Part shown: piece after piece, positions 48,488 through 61,620 of the stretch | Layout: the number at the start of each line of letters is the position of its first letter | How positions within the stretch are numbered: the first letter of the stretch is position 1 | Assembly: GCA_964016885.1 (NCBI GenBank) | Contig: OZ024741.1 | Location: 9,114,001-9,178,000, forward strand | From: Eledone cirrhosa | Taxonomy: Eukaryota | Length of the DNA stretch: 64,000 nucleotides | Direction of reading: 5' to 3' | Translations under genes and position numbers: made by a program | The notes under the pieces: model-generated | Told to the model about the DNA's origin: nothing | The model's database searches: none | Seen by the model: the letters and a program-made list of their open reading frames with translations, nothing else

Positions 48488-48734
48488 ATATACCGAAGTA
48501 GAGTCTTAATATTCATTTTATTGATTCTCGTTATAGTGATTCTCGTTACTCTGGAGTTTCGGGTGTATAACAGGGTCAACATCTTGTCTGATGACCCTGT
48601 GTAACAGAGGGTCAACATCTTGTCTGATGACTGTTTAACAGAGGGTCAACATCTTGTCTGATGACCCTTTGATAAACAGGAAAATCACCAGTCACGAGAA
48701 ACACTATTTAGCCTTAGTAATATGAACACACACC

Positions 48735-48765
<31 letters not shown>

Positions 48766-49159
48766 GTAAATGTTTATATAAATGTTCAATTACCAGCAGA
48801 CTTGTATATTTTTTTAATACAAAAATTAAAGAGTGCTCAATACTATTACGCATACGTGAGCGCGTGTCTACGTATGTGCGTCTGTGTATCAGTGTGTGAC
48901 TGAGTGTGTGTGTGTGTGTATCTGTGTGTGTGATTAGCCATCCGCCCTGCTAATTTTTATGTATTTTGCAATGTGTAACCAGTGATGCATATAATGAATA
49001 CATTTGAAGTAATATCTTTGACTCCCTCCCTCTCCCCACCCCTCTCTAATGTCTATTCTCCTTATATGATATCACTAACATCTAACATTAGCCTCTCATC
49101 CAAACACATAGCAGCCCTTTCAATAAACACCGTCTTCACACAGACACATATATCTGTAA

Positions 49160-50560
<1,401 letters not shown>

Positions 50561-51299
50561 GTAGTGCACCTGAGCACTTTACACAATAATTTCATTATCA
50601 TTATCATACACATTTGTAAATATACAATGCTTCAAGTTAACTACAAATTCCTTCTATATATATATATATATATATACATATATATAATTATATGTATATA
50701 TATTTATATATATATATAGTTATATGAATATTTATATTTATATATGTTTAATACACACACACATATATATATTCATAAAGCTGTGTATATTTGTGTGCGA
50801 TCGTATGCACGTAAAACTTACACGAATGCTGTGGAATTTATAACAACGTATGAATACTTCACCAATATCAAGTGATTGTACATCTTTCAGATGAATAATA
50901 TATTGATATATTATATTCATTATGGATCGATTTATATATTTTTTTATATATTCATTTATTTATTCATTGAAAGTTATTTTGTGTTTATATGTTGAGATGT
51001 GTAACTAGTTTTACATTAGTTTTTCTTAGCTACAAATCAAAGAGACATTTTATTAAATGTTTTCCTCACGTCACCAGTCCATTCATTTTGGAGACTCAGT
51101 GTATATAGGAATACATTATCCAACAGGCCTTTCAAACTTTTGTTTTCAAGATGGCCAGGTGTGATATCAGTGAGATTTATATTTTAAAGTTTTGTGTAGG
51201 TTTGTCATTTGTTCTGTAATCATAGGTTATTATGAAATGTGCAGGTATTTGTAGAACAATACAATAAACGCCATTTTCTTCACGTCTCTATCAAACTTC

Positions 51300-51331
<32 letters not shown>

Positions 51332-51335
<4 letters not shown>

Positions 51336-51455
51336 GCCCTGCCCGCCCTCCAGTGGGATGGCGTTATCTTATGGCTAAAACAGCACGACGTGATGTGACC
51401 AGCGGCGCCGAATGGACGCCCGACAGACTGGTCGGTCAAGGTGATCAAGGTGATA
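51332..51455 (+). mobile_element. Probable RTE-type LINE extreme 3' end
   Basis: GC-richer island in (TA)n ending in the tandem tail tcaaggtga twice. Confidence 0.4.
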
Positions 51456-51779
51456 TATATATATATGTATATATACATATATATATATAGTTCCATATAT
51501 GTATGGGTGTATGTACATATGTGTATGTGCTCATGCGTGTGTATGTATATAGATAGATTTGTATTGTCTTTGTAAAGAAATTGTTTTTTAAGACCAAATT
51601 ACAATGGGTGTTCTTTATATTCAGTATGTAATTACTTATTACAATTATTATTATTGTTATTATTATCACCATAATCCTCGTAATCATCATCATCATCATC
51701 ATCAGCAACAATATCATCATTATCATCTTTTTATCGCTCTCTCCTACTCTATTATACACACACACTCACATATATCTAT

Positions 51780-51840
<61 letters not shown>

Positions 51841-51860
51841 AATATAATTATAAACATACA

Positions 51861-51891
<31 letters not shown>

Positions 51892-52216
51892 GTATATATA
51901 TACATGTGTGTGTGTGTCAATTATATACTTCCTTCTTCCATTCTCAATTTTCCTCTATTTCTCTATCCTCCAATCTCGACCCACCCCCCTCTCTGATTAT
52001 ATCTCTCTCTATCTTTCTCTTTCACTTTCTTTTCCTTCTTTTCCTTCTCGTTATTTCCTTCCAACAACATCACGACATACCCCAGTCTTATTAATATTGT
52101 CGTTAACATTTCTTCTTCTTCTTAATGTTGCTGTCCTTCTTCTCTATATCTTCATAACTTTCGTCGCTATTTTTATAATATTTTTCCCCAAACTTGTTCA
52201 ACGTTTCACATACAAG

Positions 52217-52373
52217 AGTGACATTATATTGTAAACAGGAGATAGCGCCCTCTAGTGACATTATATTGTAAACAGGAGATAGCGCCCTCTAGTGACATTA
52301 TATTGTAAACAGGAGATAGCGCCCCCTATTGACATTATATTGTAAACAGGAGATAGCGCCCTCTATTGATATT
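52217..52373 (-). promoter_or_regulatory. 37-bp tandem repeat (4 units), each with a CTCF-like motif and a forkhead-like motif
   Basis: Reverse complement TGTCACTAGAGGGCGCTA against the CTCF consensus TGGCCACCAGGGGGCGCTA; TGTAAACA in every unit. The repeat is certain, the binding is inferred. Confidence 0.5.
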
Positions 52374-52503
52374 ATCATATAGTTTTGTTTTTGTTTTTAT
52401 TTTGTTCTGTGTTGTTATTTATTTTATTTCGTCTTCTTCAAAGATAAAAAGATCGATGTTTGAATATCGAATCCGTTGATTTTGACACCTCAAAAACTGG
52501 TCG

Positions 52504-52722
52504 TCATGTCCCAATACGACCAGGTTCTGAGTCAGAATTTTCATCAGATCCATCATAATCAATGGGATCTAAGCCAGTAGGATCGATTTCCATATCCTTC
52601 GATCTGGCACGTGACGAGGAAGATGGTTCTTCTCTAGTGGTGCTGGCCGTAGCAGATGTTGCTTCTTCTTCAGCTTTCATCCGTTTGTGTTTGGTGCGAC
52701 GGTTTTGGAACCAAACTTTGAC
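52504..52722 (-). CDS. Emx: Emx/empty spiracles homeobox gene, last coding exon (helix 3 and acidic C-terminus)
   Basis: Acceptor ttttttccgtcttatgcAG, then VKVWFQNRRTKHKRMKAEEE...; TGA at 52506-52504; phase-0 join to ...LTETQ. Confidence 0.95.
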   Translation of the reverse strand, partial: VKVWFQNRRTKHKRMKAEEEATSATASTTREEPSSSSRARSKDMEIDPTGLDPIDYDGSDENSDSEPGRIGT

Positions 52723-52903
52723 CTGCATAAGACGGAAAAAAAATTAGATTAAACAGCAAAACCACCAAATAATTACTGGTACCACAATACATAAGTAAGA
52801 TATACTATGACAGTCACATACCAGTAAACAACTAGTGCACTAAAACAACAGTTAAAAGTATTTTGACACTGTCACAGTAGTAATTATATTAGTACACTAA
52901 TAG

Positions 52904-54247
52904 GGTGTGGATTGGCAGTATCGGTAGAGGGTCGGGCGCCATGGTGGTGGATTGGCAGTATCGGTAGAGGGTCGGGCGCCATGGTGGTGGATTGGCAGTA
53001 TCGGTAGAGGGTCGGGCGCCATGGTGGTGGATTGGCAGTATCGGTAGAGGGTCGGGCGCCATGGTGGTGGATTGGCAGTATCGGTAGAGGGTCGGGCGCC
53101 ATGGTGGTGGATTGGCAGTATCGGTAGAGGGTCGGGCGCCATGGTGGTGGATTGGCAGTATCGGTAGAGGGTCGGGCGCCATGGTGGTGGATTGGCAGTA
53201 TCGGTAGAGGGTCGGGCGCCATGGTGGTGGATTGGCAGTATCGGTAGAGGGTCGGGCGCCATGGTGGTGGATTGGCAGTATCGGTAGAGGGTCGGGCGCC
53301 ATGGTGGTGGATTGGCAGTATCGGTAGAGGGTCGGGCGCCATGGTGGTGGATTGGCAGTATCGGTAGAGGGTCGGGCGCCATGGTGGTGGATTGGCAGTA
53401 TCGGTAGAGGGTCGGGCGCCATGGTGGTGGATTGGCAGTATCGGTAGAGGGTCGGGCGCCATGGTGGTGGATTGGCAGTATCGGTAGAGGGTCGGATGCC
53501 ATGCTAGGGTGGTGGATTGGCAGTATCGGTAGAGGGTCTGACGTCATGCTAGGGTGGTGGATTGGCAGTATCGGTAGAGGGTCGGGCGCCATGGTGGTGG
53601 ATTGGCAGTATCGGTAGAGGGTCGGATGCCATGCTAGGGTGGTGGATTGGCAGTATCGGTAGAGGGTCGGGCGCCATGGTGGTGGATTGGCAGTATCGGT
53701 AGAGGGTCGGGCGCCATGGTGGTGGATTGGCAGTATCGGTAGAGGGTCGGGCGCCATGGTGGTGGATTGGCAGTATCGGTAGAGGGTCGGATGCCATGCT
53801 AGGGTGGTGGATTGGCAGTATCGGTAGAGGGTCTGACGTCATGCTAGGGTGGTGGATTGGCAGTATCGTTAGAGGGTCGGACGCCATGGTGGTGGATTGG
53901 CAGTATCGGTAGAGGGTCGGGCGCCATGGTGGTGGATTGGCAGTATCGGTAGAGGGTCGGATGCCATGCTAGGGTGGTGGATTGGCAGTATCGGTAGAGG
54001 GTCTGACGTCATGCTAGGGTGGTGGATTGGCAGTATCGTTAGAGGGTCGGACGCCATGCTAGGGTGGTGGATTGGCAGTATCGGTAGCGGTCGGACGCCA
54101 TGCTTTGCAGCAAAGAGTTACGGCCCTTTATGGTCTGAGTTCAAATCCCGCCGAGGTTAACTTTGCCTTTCATCCTTACGGGGTCGATAAAATAAAGTAC
54201 CAGTAATACACTGGAATAATTGCTGGCCTTGTGCGAAAAGTAGAATC
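52904..54247 (+). mobile_element. Family A SINE whose 5' head is amplified into a 40/45-bp minisatellite
   Basis: About 28 copies of gtggattggcagtatcggtagagggtcgg(gc/at)gccatg run into a full SINE body. A 22-bp TSD aattatattagtacac(t/c)aatag lies at 52882-52903 and 54248-54269. Confidence 0.92.
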
Positions 54248-54853
54248 AATTATATTAGTACACCAATAGAGTAGTAAAGTTTAGTAGCATACTAACCTAG
54301 CTGTAAAAATATCTAACAAAACAGTATATATTAGTACAATGGCACATTAGTAATATATTTTGGTATACTAACAAAACTGTATAAATACTTGTACACTGGA
54401 ATGGACATCCGTCGGTTGTGACGACGAGTGTTTCAATTGTTCGATAAACCGTAAAGTTTCCTCATGAAACTAACGTACATGTGTTTAAATATTACACAGA
54501 CACGTGTATCCTTAACTTATTTTTAGGGAGACTCAGCGTGACATACTAAGCGACAAGGCTGGCTCTTCGATTTATGGATACATCTCTTCTGAGGAGCTTC
54601 CAAGTAATTCCCGTCTAGCCAGATTCACTCACAGGTGGACTCGGGACTATGGTAAATGAGACTTGCTCAGAATGTCAGGCAGTGGGATCGAACTCGGGAT
54701 CGATTGATTACAAAGTGAAAATCTTAACTCTTCCAGGACTAAATTTACGTTAATTTTCAGATCGATATGCTACCTAGTATAAGAACTTGTACGTCATCGA
54801 AGTCCTGGAATTAGAAGCTACATCTCTAATAACACCCTTACCATCTTGTAAAA

Positions 54854-55078
54854 CAGAGGTTCTCAAACGTTTTGGACCATCGTCCCCCTCATGGCTACAT
54901 AATACCCTCAACCACCGCCAACCCTATTCCCAGAGAGGCCTACCTACCTACATGTAAATTGTAAATAATATATAATAAATAAAATCGTTAATTTATATAT
55001 AATAGATAATATAATGTATATTATGTATAAATAAATATTGTATATTTACTATATTTATATATATATATATACACAAAT

Positions 55079-55113
<35 letters not shown>

Positions 55114-55686
55114 CTGTATGTATGTATATACATGAAAATGTTTAACCCCGACGGCAGAGCTCAAGCCGTTTCGACGGTTATAGTCCAGAAATAGCCGTCG
55201 AAACGGCTTGAGCTTTGCCGTCGGAGTTAAACATTTTCATAATACCCACTCTACTACCCTAAGTATTGAGTACTCTGGTGCGTTATGGTCCACCTGGTTC
55301 CTTACCACATTACCTTCGTTATATGTATCATTTGATATTTAATATACTATTATATCATCTCTTAGAAGGTGTGTGGCTGAGTGGTTAGAGAATTGGATTC
55401 GCAATCGTGAGATTGTGAGTTCGTTTCCTGGACCGGGCGATGCGTTATGTCCTTGAGTAAGACACTTTATTTCACGTTGCACCTTCTACCTGGAGTTGCG
55501 ACCGTTAGATAGTAATAGCACTTGGAAAGACAAATGGAAACATCGTTTCTTCGGTCAGATTTGACGAAAGTCGATCGTTCCTTTTATATCATCTCTATCA
55601 CCCCCAGCGACCCCGTAAGCCACAGCTCCCTCTTGGACTTCCTCAACACCACCAGGGGGCGGTAGCGCTTACTTTGAGAACCTTTG
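54854..55686. mobile_element. hAT-type MITE with a nested family P palindrome (55131-55323) and a family B SINE (55366-55580)
   Basis: TIRs cagaggttctcaaa / tttgagaacctttg; 8-bp TSD ttgtaaaa / ttgtaaat. Confidence 0.82.
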
Positions 55687-55927
55687 TTGTAAATGGAAGT
55701 GCACATTATTGGTAGACATATTAAATATCAAGAGGACAACTGTACATGCTAAATACAACAGCTAAAAATATCACATACAATCAGACATCAGACGGTAATA
55801 TCTTAAAGAGGACGGTCGCAGTTTAGATCAGATAATAAATTTATTGACATAATGGCTGAATAAATGATGCGACAGTCACCTGGAACTAAACAACAAGTAC
55901 AACAATAAATGAAGGGAATTAATTCAC

Positions 55928-56100
55928 CTGTGTTTCCGTTAGTTTCAACTCAGCTGCAAGTTCTTTCCGTTCCTGTCCGACCACATAATGATTTTTCTCA
56001 AATGCCTGTTCCAGCTGGAGCAGTTGCGATGGCGAGAAAGCTGTTCTAATACGTTTCGGTTTTCTATAAGGGGGTAATATAAAGGCGCCGTCATGTCCAA
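55928..56100 (-). CDS. Emx: Emx/empty spiracles homeobox gene, internal exon (homeodomain N-terminal arm to helix 2)
   Basis: Acceptor tttttAG and donor CAG|GTGAAT. Encodes [57 protein letters not shown]; [16 protein letters not shown] and FEKNHYVVG are diagnostic for Emx. Confidence 0.96.
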
Positions 56101-56177
56101 CTAAAAACATAATAAAAGGTATATATATTTTATAAGTATATATATGTATATGTATGTATTTATATATGTATTGATGT

Positions 56178-56259
<82 letters not shown>

Positions 56260-56356
56260 AAAGGTAAACAGAAATAACAACACAATCGGTACAGTATATG
56301 GAATGATATATTAGTTTAACGCTTGATATAGCAGGGAGAGGGTCTTTATATATATT

Positions 56357-56388
<32 letters not shown>

Positions 56389-56392
<4 letters not shown>

Positions 56393-56579
56393 AACCAGTA
56401 AGACCCCGACAGCTGAGCTCAAGCCGTTTCGACGGCTAATTCTGTCCAGAATTAGCCGTCGAAACGGCTTGAGCTCAGCTGTCGGGGTCTTACTGGTTCC
56501 TATTACCCACTCTACTACCTCAAGTATTGAGTACTTTGGTGCGTTATGGTCCACCTGTTTCCTTACCACATTTCCTTCG

Positions 56580-56583
<4 letters not shown>
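56389..56583 (+). mobile_element. Family P palindromic element
   Basis: Perfect ~55-bp arms around a 2-nt loop, then the conserved tail; (TA)n on both sides. Confidence 0.88.
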
Positions 56584-56612
<29 letters not shown>

Positions 56613-56635
56613 TAAATATATACATATATATATAC

Positions 56636-57241
56636 ATGGTGGCTGCCAACTCGTTTTCGAGTACGGCCACTACTTTATATCCATGTAGGAGAACCCCTAC
56701 CGATGCGCTAAACGAGTGTGACTTTTTAGTCCAGCCAGTGACTTGAAAACTCTGGTACAAACACTACACTTGTGACAATTATTGACACATAGTGCTGGGC
56801 CCATGGTACCATGTGACGACAAGTGCAGAGAGATCTCCAGATATAAAGCAATGCCTGTGCCGTGAAGCTTTTATAGTGAGCAAAGGCACTGCACAAAGCC
56901 AGTCCCACTCTCTTAACCAAGATGATATTTACCAAAAAGAAGAACAAGTCAACATCATTGGATACCATCAGGGTTGCAGGTGTTATATCAGAGTTTTCCT
57001 TCTCCTAGAATTCTGCCTTGACAAAGGCTAAGGGGTCATCTCTCCCGGTGATTTTGGATGGCCATTGACTCTTAAGAGCTCCTTTGCCCTTTGACAGGTT
57101 TTGTTTTTAGTCCTGCAGGATGTCCAAAGTCACCCTCCTCACCAAGAAACCTTGGTGGGGTTGCCAGTTTAGTCGCCAACGACCATGAGACAGGTTGTAC
57201 TGGGATACATGTTACCAGTAGCACCAACTGGTGACCTGACA
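56636..57241 (-). mobile_element. Longest copy of the RTE-5'-UTR-like non-coding repeat
   Basis: Homologous to the 4606 and 47221 copies; flanked by (TA)n. Confidence 0.75.
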
Positions 57242-57281
57242 TATATATATACACATACATATATATACATATATATATAGG

Positions 57282-57362
<81 letters not shown>

Positions 57363-57682
57363 TTAACGATTTTCCAAGACATGGCTGTGAGATAAATCTG
57401 TTTTGTGTAACTGATCATCTCAGGTAACTTCTAGTCTGTGTATGACATATATAGCGTTGCTATAGCAATATTTCAGAGTAGTAATTAACTGATGACATAA
57501 TAAAGACTGCAATGAGGAGAATCTCTGTGTTTCTGTATATGAAGAAATAGTTAAGAATGTTTACACTTCAGACTTCATTCCACAGCTAACGTTTCTAATA
57601 TATAAATACATCGTTAGTTACATTAAGTTTAACTGAAAATCACACACACACACACACACACACATACACACACACACACACA

Positions 57683-57729
<47 letters not shown>

Positions 57730-57740
57730 GTATATATATA

Positions 57741-57964
57741 TATTAAAATAACAGATTAAAGTTTAAGCAAAGAATCGCTGCTTTCACCCTTAACGGGATC
57801 TTCTGAAACTAACAAAGTCAATCGTCTTCCTGTCTTCCTCCGGTTGCAACGTTTTTTGAAATATTCACTTCTGCGTTCACAGATTGACTTTGTTAGTTTC
57901 AGAAGATCCCGTTAAGGGTGAAAGCAGCGATTCTTTGCTTAAACTTTAATCTGTTATTTTAATA
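57741..57964. mobile_element. Fold-back mini-element with perfect 83-bp arms and two variant hammerheads
   Basis: Plus 57895-57945 reads agttt CAGAAGA tccc gttaa gggt GAAA gca..tgc TT aaact; mirror copy at 57760-57810. Confidence 0.82.
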
Positions 57965-58065
57965 AATATTTGCTCTACGGTTCTTATATATTTGATATAT
58001 ATTTATCCTTATCGAGCCCTCTTTGGATTTTAGTCTTCAAATTTATTATTATTACTATATATTTA

Positions 58066-58250
58066 GTGGATTGGCAGTATCGGTAGAGGGTCGGACGCCA
58101 TGCTTTCCAGCATAATTACGTCCCTTTACGATCTGAGTTCAAATCCCGCCGAGGTTGACTTTGCCTTTCATCCTTACGGGGTCGATAAAATAAAGTACCA
58201 GTAATGCACTGGATAATTGCTGGCCTTGTGCTAAAAGTAGAAACAATTAT
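58066..58250 (+). mobile_element. tRNA-derived SINE, family A, near full length
   Basis: A-box TGGCAGTATCGG, B-box GAGTTCAAATCC and an (ATT)n tail. Confidence 0.92.
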
Positions 58251-58661
58251 TATTACTATTATTACTCTTAGTACGGCTGATACTTAAATATAAGTATGTA
58301 TACGTACATACATATTTGTATACAGACGTACAGTAGTATGTATATATATACATACATACATGCACACATATATATATGTACGTATGGATTTACCGAACAT
58401 TTATTTAATGTTCGGTTTGTTTGTAAAAAAACAGCCCGAATTAAGCCATACAGTGTTCGGCAACCATCGTCGCCCTTTTGTTCAACACTGACAAAGGACA
58501 GCGTTCCATTGTCAGTGTTGAACAAATTATATATATGTGTGCATGTTTTCCTTTTAATGTTTTATTGTTTTCCGAAATGTATCTTAACCTACAACATTTT
58601 CAACATATGGATTACATTGAGTTCTTCATACAGAATAGACCCCACAACTTACTGTGGATAC

Positions 58662-58778
<117 letters not shown>

Positions 58779-58810
58779 TATATATGTATATATATATATA
58801 TATATGAATA

Positions 58811-58865
<55 letters not shown>

Positions 58866-58914
58866 ATGTGTGTGCGTTTGTGTATGTGTGTGTGTACACA
58901 CCATTGAAAAATGA

Positions 58915-59020
<106 letters not shown>

Positions 59021-59203
59021 GAGGTAAATATCTCATTCAGCACTAAGTACACACTGAGATATATAGGGTGTCTACAATATAATTGTTGTTCTATGGTACT
59101 AATTCGAGATACCAGAACTATAAATTGATGAGCAGAACAAACAAACATTAAACAATCCTTTAAATAAATTAAAAAATAATTTAAATATCTACCTGTCCAT
59201 AAT

Positions 59204-59282
59204 GCTATTACCGGCGGTTTCCATCCACAAAAGATTGGAAATTCAGAGAATTTCCAACGGAAAGTAGATTTCTTCAGATAGC
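59204..59282 (-). ncRNA. Type I hammerhead ribozyme with a canonical core
   Basis: Reverse complement reads gctat CTGAAGA aatctac...(ttggaaattc-tct-gaatttccaa)...gtggatg GAAA cc gcc gg TA atagc. Confidence 0.82.
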
Positions 59283-59421
59283 TATTTCCATTCTATAGGA
59301 CATTTGTCCCACGGTCAGCAAATATAATGCTAACTACCAGCACGTATGGGCTATAGCCGTTAAAGTGACCCATACGTGACCTGGCCACTAGAGCAAGCGG
59401 GAATATTATAGACTTGTTGAT

Positions 59422-59485
<64 letters not shown>

Positions 59486-59872
59486 TAGAACAGGGAAGTA
59501 AGGTTCTATAGAAAACAGTGGATATAGAGAGAAGGTGAAGTTGCAAATAGCACGGGAAATATATTTTACGGTCTATTTTTCTTTTTTATCCTTTCCTTGA
59601 TTCGTCAAAGATGAAAGGGACAATTCTTTTTAAAAAAAGGTTTTATAATGTATATGAAGTATATATATTATTACCGGTTTCAATGTATTATTAAAATGTA
59701 TCTTATCAAATGTTGAGTATTGAAATTAAAAGTTAAAAAGAATTCATATGAGTTAAAAACTAAAAATTAAGGATTAAAGATTTAAAAAAGTGTTGGAGTA
59801 AGTTTTTTCCCCATCTTTCTTGCTCTTTTGAACATATAGTCACACACTCACACACACATAATCAAACACGCG

Positions 59873-61620
59873 GTGGAAGTGGTGGCGCTGTTGGTGGTGG
59901 TGATGGTAGTCGTAGTGTTGATGGTGATGATGGAGGTGATGGTAGTAGTTGTGTTGATGGTGAGGGTGGTGGTGGTGTTGGTGGTAGTCTTGATGGTCAT
60001 GTTGTTGTTTGGGGTGGTATTGATGGTGCTGGTGTTGTTGTTGGTGGTGGCATTAGTGTTGTTGTTGGTGTTGTTGGTGTTGTTGTTGGTGTTGGTGTTG
60101 TTGGTGTTGTTGTTGGTGTTGTTGTTGGTGTTGTTGTTGGTGTTGGTGTTGTTGGTGTTGTTGTTGGTGTTGTTGTTGGTGTTGGTGTTGTTGGTGTTGT
60201 TGTTGGTGTTGGTGTTGTTGGTGTTGTTGTTGGTGTTGTTGTTGGTGTTGGTGTTGTTGGTGTTGTTGTTGGTGTTGTTGTTGGTGTTGTTGGTGTTGTT
60301 GGTGTTGTTGTTGGTGTTGTTGTTGGTGTTGGTGTTGTTGGTGTTGTTGTTGGTGTTGGTGTTGTTGGTGTTGTTGTTGGTGTTGTTGTTGGTGTTGGTG
60401 TTGTTGGTGTTGTTGTTGGTGTTGGTGTTGTTGGTGTTGTTGTTGGTGTTGTTGTTGGTGTTGGTGTTGTTGGTGTTGTTGTTGGTGTTGTTGTTGGTGT
60501 TGGTGTTGTTGGTGTTGTTGTTGGTGTTGGTGTTGTTGGTGTTGTTGTTGGTGTTGTTGTTGGTGTTGTTGTTGGTGTTGGTGTTGTTGGTGTTGTTGTT
60601 GGTGTTGTTGTTGGTGTTGGTGTTGTTGGTGTTGTTGTTGGTGTTGTTGTTGGTGTTGGTGTTGTTGGTGTTGTTGTTGGTGTTGTTGTTGGTGTTGTTG
60701 GTGTTGTTGGTGTTGTTGTTGGTGTTGGTGTTGTTGGTGTTGTTGTTGGTGTTGTTGTTGGTGTTGGTGTTGTTGGTGTTGTTGTTGGTGTTGTTGTTGG
60801 TGTTGTTGGTGTTGTTGGTGTTGTTGTTGGTGTTGGTGTTGTTGGTGTTGTTGTTGGTGTTGTTGTTGGTGTTGGTGTTGTTGGTGTTGTTGTTGGTGTT
60901 GTTGTTGGTGTTGTTGGTGTTGTTGGTGTTGTTGTTGGTGTTGGTGTTGTTGGTGTTGTTGTTGGTGTTGTTGTTGGTGTTGGTGTTGTTGGTGTTGTTG
61001 TTGGTGTTGTTGTTGGTGTTGGTGTTGTTGGTGTTGTTGTTGATGTTGGTGTTGTTGGTGTTGTTGGTGTTGTTGTTATTGTTGTTGTTGGTGATGTTAT
61101 TGTTGTTGTTGGTGATGTTATTGTTGTTGTTGATGTTGTTGTTGTTGGTGGTGGTGTTGTTGGTGTTGTTGGTGTTGTTGTTGGTGTTGTTGGTGTTGTT
61201 GTTGGTGTTGTTGGTGTTGTTGTTGGTGTTGTTGTTGGTGTTGGTGTTGTTGGTGTTGTTGTTGGTGTTGTTGGTGTTGTTATTGTTGTTGTTGGTGATG
61301 TTATTGTTGTTGTTGGTGTTGTTGCTGGTGTTGTTATTGTTGTTGTTGGTGTTGTTATTGTTGTTGTTGGTGTTGTTATTGTTGTTGTTGGTGTTGTTGG
61401 TGATGTTATTGTTGTTGTTGGTGATGTTATTGTTGTTGTTGATGTTGTTGTTGTTGGTGGTGGTGTTGTTGGTGTTGTTGGTGTTGTTGTTGGTGTTGTT
61501 GGTGTTGTTGGTGGTGTTTGTGGTGTTGTTGGTGTTGTTGGTGTTGTTGGTGGTGTTTGTGGTGGTGTTGTTGGTGTTGGCGTTGTTGGTGTTGGCGTTG
61601 TTGGTGTTGGCGTTGTTGTC
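59873..61620. repeat. 1.7-kb cryptic trinucleotide repeat, (GTT)n interspersed with GGT
   Basis: Seen directly in the sequence. Confidence 0.95.

Noticed and set aside
52884-54160. Repetitive ORFs and a CRISPR-like periodic look
   Set aside because: Units are contiguous with no unique spacers, derive from a SINE head, and the context is eukaryotic with no cas genes.
55648-55665. Single CTCF-like motif CACCAGGGGGCGGTA
   Set aside because: It is part of the subterminal sequence of a hAT MITE, with no independent support.
58066-58150. tRNA gene
   Set aside because: It has A/B boxes but continues into a multi-copy SINE body and has no complete cloverleaf.
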